In this document: one piece after another, positions 37,797-47,009 of the stretch
Layout of the letters: each line of letters starts with the position of its first letter
Numbering within the stretch: the first letter of the stretch is position 1
NCBI GenBank assembly: GCA_045641105.1
Contig: JAZUGG010000121.1
Location: forward strand, 3,670-67,669
Length of the DNA: 64,000 bases
Direction: 5' to 3'
Origin: Ruminococcus sp.
GTDB taxonomy: Bacteria > Bacillota > Clostridia > Oscillospirales > Ruminococcaceae
Program-made: the position numbers and the translations under genes
The notes under the pieces: model-generated
What the model saw: the letters and a program-made list of their open reading frames with translations, nothing else
Told to the model about the DNA's origin: nothing
The model's database searches: none

Positions 37797-38474
37797 ATGT
37801 TTGAGATAAAAAATTTAAGCATGATATATGATATAGATACAGATGAGAAAATGTATGCTCTCAATGGTGTTGACCTGAAACTGCCTGATACAGGGCTTAT
37901 TGGAATAATCGGCCCTTCAGGAAGCGGAAAAAGTACACTTATGTACTGTATGTCAACACTGAAAAAGCCTACAGAAGGCAGTATAAAATACAATGGTACG
38001 GAAATTACAGGATTATCCGATAGAAAGCGTGAGGAGACAAGACACAGTGAATTCGGTTTTGTATTCCAGAAACATTATCTTGTTCCGTATCTCAATGCCA
38101 TAGACAATGTTGTAGTTGCATCAGACGGCGATGAAAAGAAAATGGCTGAAAAAGCAGCAGAACAGCTTCTTTCACTCGGACTAAAAGAAAAGGAATTCAA
38201 AAAGCGTCCGTCAAAGCTTTCGGGCGGTCAGTGTCAGCGTGTGGCTATTGCAAGGGCACTTATCAACGATCCGAAGGTCATATTCGCTGATGAACCAACA
38301 GCATCACTTGACCATGAAAATGCATTCAATGTTATGAAGATACTGAAAAAACATTCACAGGAAAGGCTTGTGATAGTCGTTACGCATGACAGGTCAGTAC
38401 TTGCAGATGCAGATATGCTTGTTGAGTTATGGGACGGAAAGATAAGCGGTGTAAAGACTGTGGAAGGGGACTGA
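37797..38474 (+). CDS. ABC exporter ATP-binding protein
   Basis: GPSGSGKST, LSGGQCQRVAIARA, ADEPT, VTHD. Confidence 0.95.
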   Translation: MFEIKNLSMIYDIDTDEKMYALNGVDLKLPDTGLIGIIGPSGSGKSTLMYCMSTLKKPTEGSIKYNGTEITGLSDRKREETRHSEFGFVFQKHYLVPYLNAIDNVVVASDGDEKKMAEKAAEQLLSLGLKEKEFKKRPSKLSGGQCQRVAIARALINDPKVIFADEPTASLDHENAFNVMKILKKHSQERLVIVVTHDRSVLADADMLVELWDGKISGVKTVEGD

Positions 38475-38475
38475 A

Positions 38476-39576
38476 ATGAAGAAGAACAAGCCTTTTTCAG
38501 CCGTTGTATACATAAAGGAAAATAAAGAGCGGACAGCGGTATGCGTACTTATGATGTTCCTCGGAACGCTGATGTTTCTTGCCGGAAATTATATTTACTC
38601 TCAAACAAATATGTGTTATGTTGATGAAAAATATTCAGACAGCTTTGTCAGGACAAGTTATGTAGCAAATGATGAGGACGGAAAGGATTTTTACTCATTT
38701 GTCGATGATGTGGAGAAAGATGAGAAGCTTAAATCAGTAAAGGCTTCTCCAAGGGGATTCGGGGGACTTCCATTCATGTCAGTTCTGGATATGAAGTGTG
38801 GTGTAGATTCATATGTTTTCAATTCTGTTGAGGATATGCAGGCAGTTTTTGAACATCGTGGAATAGAATGTGATCTGTCAGACTGCAAAAACGAAAGCAT
38901 AGTCATAAGCCGTGACCTTGCAAACAACAGAGGAATAAAACTCGGCGACAAACTTGATAAAAGCTTTGATGGTGCCCTTCCTTTCGCTGTTACCGTTGAT
39001 GCAATAATCGATGACGGCAGTTACGCTACGTATTATATTTATGAAGATGAACAGTTTTGCAGATTGAATATCTACAGCGATGAAATGGAAGGCGAGGAAT
39101 TATACAGCTATGTCAGAAGCCTTATCGGGGACAGAAAGGTTCATATTGATGCACCTTTAAGGGAAGGCTTTGAATCGGTATATTCAATTTATAATTTACT
39201 GTTTTATTTGATAGATGTTCTCATAGGCGTTGTTCTTGCAGTAAGCATAAACCTTGTAGTATCAGGACACTATATGAAAAGAAAGTATGAATTCGGCGTA
39301 TACATGGCGATCGGAAAGAAAAAAAGAGATATAAAGAGAAAGGTTGCCGCCGAAATTCTGCTTATGGAAGGAATAGCGATAATAATAGGGGCGGCAGTTA
39401 TGCTGTTATTTACATATCTTATTAACGAACTTTACTATATCCCAAGCGGCAGACATCTTCTGTATTTCTCACCGCTGGGAATTTTCGGTGAACTTCTGTG
39501 TACTGCGCTGGTAGTTATTCCGCTTATTATTTTAAATGGCAGGAAGATGTGCAGGGCGGATGTAACAGAGTTTTAA
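38476..39576 (+). CDS. FtsX-like ABC exporter permease
   Basis: KRKYEFGVYMAIG motif; same topology as the first permease. Confidence 0.85.
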   Translation: MKKNKPFSAVVYIKENKERTAVCVLMMFLGTLMFLAGNYIYSQTNMCYVDEKYSDSFVRTSYVANDEDGKDFYSFVDDVEKDEKLKSVKASPRGFGGLPFMSVLDMKCGVDSYVFNSVEDMQAVFEHRGIECDLSDCKNESIVISRDLANNRGIKLGDKLDKSFDGALPFAVTVDAIIDDGSYATYYIYEDEQFCRLNIYSDEMEGEELYSYVRSLIGDRKVHIDAPLREGFESVYSIYNLLFYLIDVLIGVVLAVSINLVVSGHYMKRKYEFGVYMAIGKKKRDIKRKVAAEILLMEGIAIIIGAAVMLLFTYLINELYYIPSGRHLLYFSPLGIFGELLCTALVVIPLIILNGRKMCRADVTEF

Positions 39577-39590
39577 GGAGGAAAATCAAT

Positions 39591-40046
39591 ATGAAAATTT
39601 TAAAAAAATTCTTGGTAACAGTAATTGCCATGTCAGTTTTTCTGATGTTATGCTCATGTGATAAAGAAAATTCTGATGCTGATATTTACAAAAACGGTGC
39701 GGAGAGCGTGGTTCCTTCAAAATCGGAACTGATAGAGAATACCGAAGATGCCGGTTATAAGGTATCTGAATCTGATAATATATATGATCTGGATGTTTCA
39801 GGAGTGAAAGTATTTGCTGAAAAAGGGGACAGCTGCATTGATATATGCTATGGATTAAATTCGGATGATGCCATTAAGGTTTATGACTATTATGAGGAAA
39901 AATATGCTCCTAAGCTGAAATCAGGCGATTATTACATTCTTGCCCGAAATGAAAATTTTGTATATTATATAAGTGACAAAACTGCTTTTAAGAAAAGCGG
40001 ATTTAAAAGTACCGATAATATAGGAACACAGCATATAAAAGGATAA
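39591..40046 (+). CDS. Small lipoprotein
   Basis: RBS AAGGAGG; MKILKKFLVTVIAMSVFLMLCSC lipobox. Confidence 0.75.
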   Translation: MKILKKFLVTVIAMSVFLMLCSCDKENSDADIYKNGAESVVPSKSELIENTEDAGYKVSESDNIYDLDVSGVKVFAEKGDSCIDICYGLNSDDAIKVYDYYEEKYAPKLKSGDYYILARNENFVYYISDKTAFKKSGFKSTDNIGTQHIKG

Positions 40047-40053
40047 AAAAACA

Positions 40054-40090
40054 GCACCGAACAAAGTCTATTTTAAACTTTGTTCGGTGC
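40054..40090. terminator. Hairpin family copy C (bidirectional terminator)
   Basis: GCACCGAACAAAGT / ACTTTGTTCGGTGC between convergent genes. Confidence 0.75.
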
Positions 40091-40095
40091 TTATT

Positions 40096-42921
40096 TTATC
40101 TTGAAGTATATTGTTTTGTGGAAAGATTTCTTACCGAATTGAGGACGAGCAGCATTGCCGTACCTGAATCGGCAAATACAGCGAACCACATATTCGGCAG
40201 TCCGAGCAGTCCGAGAATAAGAACTGCGGCTTTGATAACAAGTGCAAAGATGATATTCTGATATGCTATCTGACGTGTTCTGTCAGCAAGACGTTTTGCA
40301 TTTACAACAGCCTCAGGCTCAGAATTGATGAAAACTGCATCAGCGGCTTCAATTGCAAGGTCTGAACCAGTCTGCATAGCACCGCCGACATCTGCACCTG
40401 CAAGAACAGGGCCGTCATTTATTCCGTCACCGACAAACATGACAGGGCCGAATAATCCACGGAAGTTTTCGATTTTTTTGAGCTTATCCTCAGGAAGAAG
40501 TTCTCCGATAGAAGTTTCTATGCCGAGTCTCTGACCTGTAATAGCGGCATTTTCACGTTTATCGCCTGTCAGCATAACTGTGTGTATGCCCATTGAATTA
40601 AGCTTTTCAACGGCAGAAGCGGATGTCTTTTTTACAGTATCGGAAACGACGATTCGTCCTTCCACTTTTCCGTTTACAGCGATATATACGACACTGCCGC
40701 TTTCACCACGCTGTCCCTTCGGAATGGTGATGCTGTATTCGTCCATCATCTTTTCGTTGCCGCAGAGAACATCTCTGCCGCTGATAACAGCTTCGATTCC
40801 TCTGCCTGCGATCTCGGAGACTTTTTCAGGTTTGCCGAGTTTAAGTTTATTCTTATTGCAGTATTCGATGATGCTTTCTGCAACGGGATGAGTTGAAGCC
40901 ACCTCACAGCTTCCGCATATTCTAAGAAGATGCTTGTTGCTGAGAACACCGAATGACTGTATAGAAGTAACAGAGAACGTACCGTTTGTAAGAGTTCCTG
41001 TTTTGTCAAATGCGATAGCCTTTACCTTAGCGAGAGCCTCGATCGATGCGCCGCCTTTAAAGAGAATTCCAAGCTTTGAAGCAGCGCCGATGCCTGAAAA
41101 ATAGGCGAGCGGAACGCTGAGAACAAGTGCGCACGGACAGCTTATTACGAGAAATGTGAGTGCAGAGTATATCCATTTGTGCCAGTCACCGGTGACGATT
41201 GACGGGATAACAGCAGTCAGAACAGCAATAGCAAGAACAACAGGGGTATATACCTTTGAAAATTTAGTAATAAATCTTTCAATAGTCGGCTTTGATGCAG
41301 AGGCATCTTCAACAGCCTGAGCGATCTTTGATACCATTGAATTTTCGGCGGAGGCAGTAGCACGGAGCGTAATGCCTTCAGAAAGATTTATGCATCCAGA
41401 GTAGACAGGATCGCCTGCACGAACTATAACAGGAACAGGTTCGCCGTTGATTGCGGCTGTGTCTATTCTTGACTTGCCTGATTCCACAATGCCGTCAACA
41501 GCAATTCTTTCACCAACCTTTATTCTGAGAATGTCACCGACTCTGATACCATCAGCGGGGATTCGCTTGAATTCGCCGTCAATAAGTACGTCAGCCTCAT
41601 CGACTTTAAGAGCGGCAGTTTCCGTAATGGCTTTGCGGCTTTTTGAAACTGCATAATCCTCAAAAAGCTCGCCGATCCTGTAGAAAAGCATGACACCGAC
41701 GGCTTCGGGGAATTTGCCGATAATAAAAGCACCGACGGTAGCAATGGTCATCAGGAAGTTTTCATCAAAGAATTTCTTAGCCTTCACGTTACGAACTGTT
41801 GATTTCAGAACATTTACACCGAGAATCAGGTAAGAAATGATGAAAAGTATAAGTGTAATCGGCAGACAGTTTGAAACTGCACTGCATACAACAGCACCTA
41901 AGAATATTTCAGCACCGAGAAGAAGTTTTGCGAAATCATATGAAACAGTTCCGTCCCATTCTTCTTTGAAGCTTTTTTTCACATGAACGTATTTGGGGAC
42001 AGGTGCAGGTTCGGATTCAGGCTCATTGTCGTTATCGGCGATAAGTTCTTCCTCCTGAACGAGCTGTGCCGCAGGCTGAGGCTCTATCTCATGTGAGACA
42101 GGTTTTTCCTCAGGTTTATCCTGTTTTTCTTCCGGCTTGTTTTCATCTTCAACAAGTTCATATTTGCCTACAGTAACGCCTTCATATAGACCTTTTTTGC
42201 TTTTGGGAAGCGGCTCGTCGTTATAAAGTTCACCGAGAATTTCCTTATATTCATCTACGATCTCAGGTTCTTCACAGTGTTTTGTTTCTTCCGCAGGCTG
42301 TTCCTCTGCCGCAGTATGTTCATGATGATCTTCGTTATGTTCGTGTTCATGTCCGCACTCACAGGATTCATCATGGTCATGAGTATGTTCGTGTTCTTCT
42401 TCATGAGGCGGTTCAGGTTCATGAACTTCCTCAAGTTCCCTGACAATTTCCCTGATGCGGTTTCTGCGCTGGGATTCCTTTGCAAAACAGGGGATAATTT
42501 CAATATCAGGTTCAACAGAAGCGGCAGTATCCGATATGAGCTTTATCATTTCATCGGAGAAAACAGCAGTAACTCTCAGCTTTTTCAGCGGAAAATTGAG
42601 GACTGCCGATTCAACACCGTCAATTTTTGAAATTGCCTCCTCAACCTTTGTACCGCAGTGTGCGCAGTCGAGGTTATTTACTTCAAACTGTTTTGTAACA
42701 GGTTCAAGAAGCGGAACAACTTCGGCTTCTTCGACAATTTCAGTGACGGCTTCATTCATTCTGCTGATGATATCATCGGATAAATTGCCCATTATCTTCA
42801 GCTTTCTCATCGGAAAGTTGAGAACTGCACATTCAATTCCATCGAGTTTATTAACAGCAGATTCTATTTCCGAGCCTGATGTTTCGTCTTTCAGGTTCAG
42901 AATGGAATAGTCTTTTTCCAT
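40096..42921 (-). CDS. cadA: Heavy-metal P1B-type ATPase (Zn/Cd/Pb type) with extended N-terminus
   Basis: NGEP, SCPCAL, FDKTGTLT, STHP, MLTGD, GDGIND, QNI, FADSG; two HMA-like domains and a His/Glu-rich linker. TTGACA-17-TATATT at 42962-42990. Confidence 0.9.
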   Translation of the reverse strand: MEKDYSILNLKDETSGSEIESAVNKLDGIECAVLNFPMRKLKIMGNLSDDIISRMNEAVTEIVEEAEVVPLLEPVTKQFEVNNLDCAHCGTKVEEAISKIDGVESAVLNFPLKKLRVTAVFSDEMIKLISDTAASVEPDIEIIPCFAKESQRRNRIREIVRELEEVHEPEPPHEEEHEHTHDHDESCECGHEHEHNEDHHEHTAAEEQPAEETKHCEEPEIVDEYKEILGELYNDEPLPKSKKGLYEGVTVGKYELVEDENKPEEKQDKPEEKPVSHEIEPQPAAQLVQEEELIADNDNEPESEPAPVPKYVHVKKSFKEEWDGTVSYDFAKLLLGAEIFLGAVVCSAVSNCLPITLILFIISYLILGVNVLKSTVRNVKAKKFFDENFLMTIATVGAFIIGKFPEAVGVMLFYRIGELFEDYAVSKSRKAITETAALKVDEADVLIDGEFKRIPADGIRVGDILRIKVGERIAVDGIVESGKSRIDTAAINGEPVPVIVRAGDPVYSGCINLSEGITLRATASAENSMVSKIAQAVEDASASKPTIERFITKFSKVYTPVVLAIAVLTAVIPSIVTGDWHKWIYSALTFLVISCPCALVLSVPLAYFSGIGAASKLGILFKGGASIEALAKVKAIAFDKTGTLTNGTFSVTSIQSFGVLSNKHLLRICGSCEVASTHPVAESIIEYCNKNKLKLGKPEKVSEIAGRGIEAVISGRDVLCGNEKMMDEYSITIPKGQRGESGSVVYIAVNGKVEGRIVVSDTVKKTSASAVEKLNSMGIHTVMLTGDKRENAAITGQRLGIETSIGELLPEDKLKKIENFRGLFGPVMFVGDGINDGPVLAGADVGGAMQTGSDLAIEAADAVFINSEPEAVVNAKRLADRTRQIAYQNIIFALVIKAAVLILGLLGLPNMWFAVFADSGTAMLLVLNSVRNLSTKQYTSR

Positions 42922-43062
42922 GTTTCACTGTCCTTTCAAAATGAATGGATAACCAAATTAAAATATACCATACATATTGAAAAATGTCAAGAGTTTGAAT
43001 GTATTTTTTTCAAAATGAAGAATCGGCTTTCTGCAGTATTTTTACAGAAAGCCGATCCCGCT

Positions 43063-43614
43063 TTATTTAAGGAAGAAAGTATATATCATATCACAGGCTA
43101 AAACAGCAAGGATAATGAAAGCGATTATTTTGATTTTTTTATCCGAGAATTTTTCTGATATTTTGTCGAGGGCAGGCTGGATAACGTAGAGGAAAGCAGT
43201 TCCGCCGAGACCGAATCTGATGCTTGGGTTAAGAGCGATACGTGCCTGAAAATTAATGGGATAGTCGGCGTATGTCTGCCACGGCCACGGTTTGCCCACA
43301 AGGTCAAACAGATATGTGGTGGAAAGTTCGATCGCAGTTGCCGTGAGCATGGTCAGAAGAAAAATGACGGGGAGCATCATAGCCTTTTTTCTGTGATCCT
43401 TTCCTTTGATAAGTGGATACCAGAGGAGAACGAATACTATAGCGCCAAAGCCGTAAACAGGGAGCCATGGCCCGAAAAGAACGCCACGGTTGCTGAATCC
43501 CCAGCGATAGATGCAGGTTTCGAGGAATACCTCATATCCCCAGCCTATCATGGCATAAACAATGAAGAACAGTGTCAGTTCAAAAAATCTTCTTACTTTC
43601 ATTTCTTTTTTCAT
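43063..43614 (-). CDS. Putative ABC transporter permease (CmpB-like membrane protein)
   Basis: FFIVYAMIGWGYE, NRGVLFGPWLPVYGFGA, AIELST, W..Y...P.NFQARIAL. Confidence 0.8.
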   Translation of the reverse strand: MKKEMKVRRFFELTLFFIVYAMIGWGYEVFLETCIYRWGFSNRGVLFGPWLPVYGFGAIVFVLLWYPLIKGKDHRKKAMMLPVIFLLTMLTATAIELSTTYLFDLVGKPWPWQTYADYPINFQARIALNPSIRFGLGGTAFLYVIQPALDKISEKFSDKKIKIIAFIILAVLACDMIYTFFLK

Positions 43615-43746
43615 AATATATCATTTCCTTTCTTATGCGGAGTAACAGTGAATTTCTCTGTTGTTGTACATATTATAGCTTAAAAACGCATAAGAGTAAA
43701 TATGATATATATCATTGAAAGAGTGACATTTGTAACTGAATTTTTG

Positions 43747-43778
43747 AAAAAAAGACAGCCGCAGAAAACGGCTGTCTT
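43747..43778 (-). terminator. Terminator after the small peptide gene
   Basis: AAGACAGCCG-loop-CGGCTGTCTT with a T run on the minus strand. Confidence 0.8.
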
Positions 43779-43802
43779 GAAAAATATAATTTTTCTCAGT
43801 TC

Positions 43803-43916
43803 TTACTTGACATAAACACCAATTTCATCTTCATCAAGAATGATAGATGTCATAATAACATCTGCACACGAAAATTCAATTATATCAAGTTCCGGTTTGG
43901 TATAAACTTCCTTCAT
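43803..43916 (-). CDS. Unannotated 37-aa peptide MKEVYTKPELDIIEFSCADVIMTSIILDEDEIGVYVK
   Basis: Translated by hand; AGGAGG RBS 7 nt before ATG; lies between the LRR gene stop and the terminator; below the ORF-track size cutoff. Confidence 0.75.
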   Translation of the reverse strand: MKEVYTKPELDIIEFSCADVIMTSIILDEDEIGVYVK

Positions 43917-43955
43917 ATGTTTTTCCTCCTGAAATAATATTTATATTCGGCTTAT

Positions 43956-46748
43956 TCAGGCAATTTTCTTGCAGGCCTCTGCATAATCATAAAGGGCAAC
44001 GCAAAGATTTTTAAGAGATGCATCAGCACTGTCTGACGAAAGAGTATTGTAGATGTAGTCATAAATGCTGTAATCATATCCTTCTATTATCTTATCATAT
44101 TCAGTAGGAATGAATTCTTGTTCAATGTAATAGTATGTTGTACCGCCTTCTGTGCTTGGAAGCTTTATCTTTCTTCCCGGAGCATTCTCAGTGAAATAGT
44201 GACGGAGAACAGTGTTTGTTTTGAGAAGCAGTGATGTGCCATAGTAATCCTCATCGGTTATGCCTTTTGAAGGAGTAATGCTGTTTTTAACCCTTGTAAG
44301 ATCATCAGATGTATACTCAAGCGGATAATCAGCGGACTGATTGAAATAGCAGTTTGCAAATCTTCCATAGTTTATGAAAGCTTCGGCAAATTCTGCATAC
44401 TCAGGCTGAGTGTTTCTGAGCGCTGTGATGTAGTCGCTGACTGTGAAACTGAGTGAATCGACCTTGGATTTGTCGCCGAGAACGATCTGGGCTGTGATAG
44501 GATTGAACATATCCTTTGTTGCAACATGACAACTGAAAATATAGCATTCCTTGCCGTTCTGAGTCGTTTTTTCTGCGGCAGAAACCGGCGCATTGACTAC
44601 AGTATTGTCAGGCATAATGAAGTTTATGGAAGCTTGTTCATCGGCAAGTATTGCATCATCAAGTGTCATATATACATTTACGCCGATAGAACCGTCGATG
44701 TTGATCGAATAGCCTTCAAAACGGGTATTTGTATAAGGATTCTTTTCGCCGCAGTATGAGCAGACATCGTAATGATAATCATGGAACTGAGGATATTCAT
44801 GGAATTTTCCGTTGTTTTCTCCGATTTGGATATTATCCCACTGCTCTTTAGTGCCGCAGTAAATGATCTTGTTGAGATTCTTTGTGCTGTAGAAAATGTT
44901 CTTCTCAATTGTTTTCAGACTTGTCGGGATATAGAGTTCTTTCAGACTGCTGCATCCGGTGAATGCACCTGATTCGATAGTTTCGATATTCTTTGAAAGT
45001 GTAAATTCGCTGAGGTTAGGGCACTGTGCGAATGTTGAATCTTTAAGGACAGTCACGCCGTCAGGCATTCCGAAGCCCTTGAGCGATTCGCAGCCGTTGA
45101 ATGCAGATGCACCGAGATATGTAAGCTGTGAGTCACTTGAAAGAAGCGCATATTTTAAATTATAGCAGTCAATAAATGCGTTGTCGTCGATTTTGGTTAC
45201 AGAGTCAGGAATAGCAACTTCCTCCATACCACAGGCGAAGAATGCCTGAAAACCAATGGTTTTAAGTCCATCCGGCAGGGTAAGTTTTTCAAGTGCATTA
45301 GCACCTGCAAAGCAGTCCTTCGGGATTTCTGTTACTCCTTCCGGGATATTCAGTTCCTTTAAAGGATAGCAGCAGTAGAATGAAGCTTCACCAAGAGAGG
45401 TGAGAGTGCTTGGCAGTTCGATAGTATCCAGACTTTCGGCGCCATAGAAAGCAAAATCAGCGATTGACGTAAGTCCTTCCGGGAAATTGATGTTTTTCAG
45501 CTTTGGATCATGTGCAAATGAATTGAGATTGATTTTTGTAATTGTTGACGGAAGAACAACGGTTTCAAGATTTTCAAAGTACTCAAAGGCACGCACGCCG
45601 GCAGATTTAATGCCTTCTCCAATTACGATTTTCTTAACCATTTTACGGTAATTAGACCATCCGGAAGTGAATGAAGCTGTTCTTTCCTGGTCACGCATTT
45701 CGCAATTTCCGCTGAGTGTGAGAACGCCGTCGGAGGTGATTTTCCAGTTGATATAATCGCTCGAATATTTTCCGTGATCTCTGCCCTCGTAAACCACATA
45801 AGTAAAAGGCGCATTTTGTATAGCGGCATCGCCTACGAAAGCGTTATCTGCGAAACTGATGCCGTCAGGAATATCAAGGCTGGTGAGCTTAGGACAATCT
45901 GAAAAAGCACCCTCACCAACTGTTGCGGCGGGATTTGAAATTTTCAAGCTTTCAACAGAACTGCATCCCTGAAAAGCGCAGTCGCCTATTTTGGTAACAC
46001 TTTCAGGAATATCGATGTTTTTCAGACCTATACATGCTTCAAAAGCGTTGTATGAGATTTCTTTCAATCCGGCAGGTAAGTCGATTGAAGTAAGAGATAT
46101 ACAGCCTGAAAAAGCATAATATTCAATTTCTTCAACTGAGGCAGGTATATTTACATCTGTAAGATTTGAGCATCCCGAAAACATAACTGCACCTATTGAT
46201 TTAATAGAATCAGGAAGAACGACCTTTTGAAGTTTCAGGCTGTCTGCCACGATTGCTCCGTCCATTTCAGTTACGGAATTCGGGAAAACTATTTCCGTAC
46301 AGCCTGTGTTTGAGAAAGCTCTGCTCCAGATCTCCTTAACTGAAGATGGAATGCTGACCGAAGTCAGCTTCGGGGTGTTCATAAAAGCACAGTTTTGTAT
46401 AATGGTGACTGTGTCTGGAATTGATACGCTTTCAAGATTCGGGCAGTCTGAAAAAGAGTATGGGCTGATAGATGTAATGCCTTTTTCAATAATTACTTTT
46501 TTGATCTCAGAACGCCTTAGATCCCATTTAACAGATTTTGCGTTGATCTCATATGGCATTTCGCCGGTACCGCTGATTCTCATTGTACCGTCAGCATCTA
46601 TGTCCCATGCAAAATCGGCAGCGGTATCAGCGTTTGCTGTCAGTACAACTGAATTGTCAAGAAAAGAAGTGAACGGAATAGAATAATTCATAGCAAGAAT
46701 GGATACTACAGCCATAATTCCGGCTATGGTTTTTTTGTGACTTATCAT
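43956..46748 (-). CDS. Large secreted BspA-type LRR protein with uncharacterised C-terminal domain
   Basis: Signal peptide; two LRR_5 blocks each led by W.I..DG..T/R.SG; HDY...C..CG motif; C-terminal FEGYSINIDGSIGVNVY domain; no dockerin or LPxTG seen. Confidence 0.88.
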   Translation of the reverse strand: MISHKKTIAGIMAVVSILAMNYSIPFTSFLDNSVVLTANADTAADFAWDIDADGTMRISGTGEMPYEINAKSVKWDLRRSEIKKVIIEKGITSISPYSFSDCPNLESVSIPDTVTIIQNCAFMNTPKLTSVSIPSSVKEIWSRAFSNTGCTEIVFPNSVTEMDGAIVADSLKLQKVVLPDSIKSIGAVMFSGCSNLTDVNIPASVEEIEYYAFSGCISLTSIDLPAGLKEISYNAFEACIGLKNIDIPESVTKIGDCAFQGCSSVESLKISNPAATVGEGAFSDCPKLTSLDIPDGISFADNAFVGDAAIQNAPFTYVVYEGRDHGKYSSDYINWKITSDGVLTLSGNCEMRDQERTASFTSGWSNYRKMVKKIVIGEGIKSAGVRAFEYFENLETVVLPSTITKINLNSFAHDPKLKNINFPEGLTSIADFAFYGAESLDTIELPSTLTSLGEASFYCCYPLKELNIPEGVTEIPKDCFAGANALEKLTLPDGLKTIGFQAFFACGMEEVAIPDSVTKIDDNAFIDCYNLKYALLSSDSQLTYLGASAFNGCESLKGFGMPDGVTVLKDSTFAQCPNLSEFTLSKNIETIESGAFTGCSSLKELYIPTSLKTIEKNIFYSTKNLNKIIYCGTKEQWDNIQIGENNGKFHEYPQFHDYHYDVCSYCGEKNPYTNTRFEGYSINIDGSIGVNVYMTLDDAILADEQASINFIMPDNTVVNAPVSAAEKTTQNGKECYIFSCHVATKDMFNPITAQIVLGDKSKVDSLSFTVSDYITALRNTQPEYAEFAEAFINYGRFANCYFNQSADYPLEYTSDDLTRVKNSITPSKGITDEDYYGTSLLLKTNTVLRHYFTENAPGRKIKLPSTEGGTTYYYIEQEFIPTEYDKIIEGYDYSIYDYIYNTLSSDSADASLKNLCVALYDYAEACKKIA

Positions 46749-46787
46749 AATGATTACCTCCCTCAATGTAAATCATCCTTATTTCTA

Positions 46788-46945
46788 TTGCTCCACCAAC
46801 TAAATCTTGAATTTTACTGCTTGTCCTGAAGAAGAAATTCTGCGTCAGAAAACCTTGAAATACGCCAGTATTCCTGCGGCTTTCTTCCTTGACTTTCTCC
46901 TTCATTACTTCGCATAAATTATTCAAGACTTAATTGGCGGAGCAA
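46788..46945 (-). mobile_element. 158-bp palindromic element (second subfamily) in the predicted 5' UTR of the LRR gene
   Basis: Inverted ends TTGCTCCACCAACTAAATCTTGAAT / ATTCAAGACTTAATTGGCGGAGCAA flanked by TA; 52-nt core in register with the two MITE copies. Confidence 0.65.
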
Positions 46946-46980
46946 TACAATCTAACCGAATCATTAGATTGTATAAATTA

Positions 46981-47009
46981 AGTATAGCATAAAAATATTA
47001 ATAAGTCAA
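46981..47009 (-). promoter_or_regulatory. sigmaA promoter for the LRR-peptide operon
   Basis: TTGACT-17 bp-TATACT on the minus strand. Confidence 0.7.

Noticed and set aside
42955-42990. ArsR/SmtB-type operator over the cadA promoter
   Set aside because: Only a weak ATAT-N7-ATAT symmetry in AT-rich DNA, and no adjacent regulator.
43803-43916. Lasso peptide precursor call for the 37-aa ORF
   Set aside because: The leader motif fits, but the core lacks the usual Gly/Cys/Ser/Ala start with an acidic residue at position 7-9 in a convincing register, and no B/C enzymes are nearby; kept only as an unassigned peptide.
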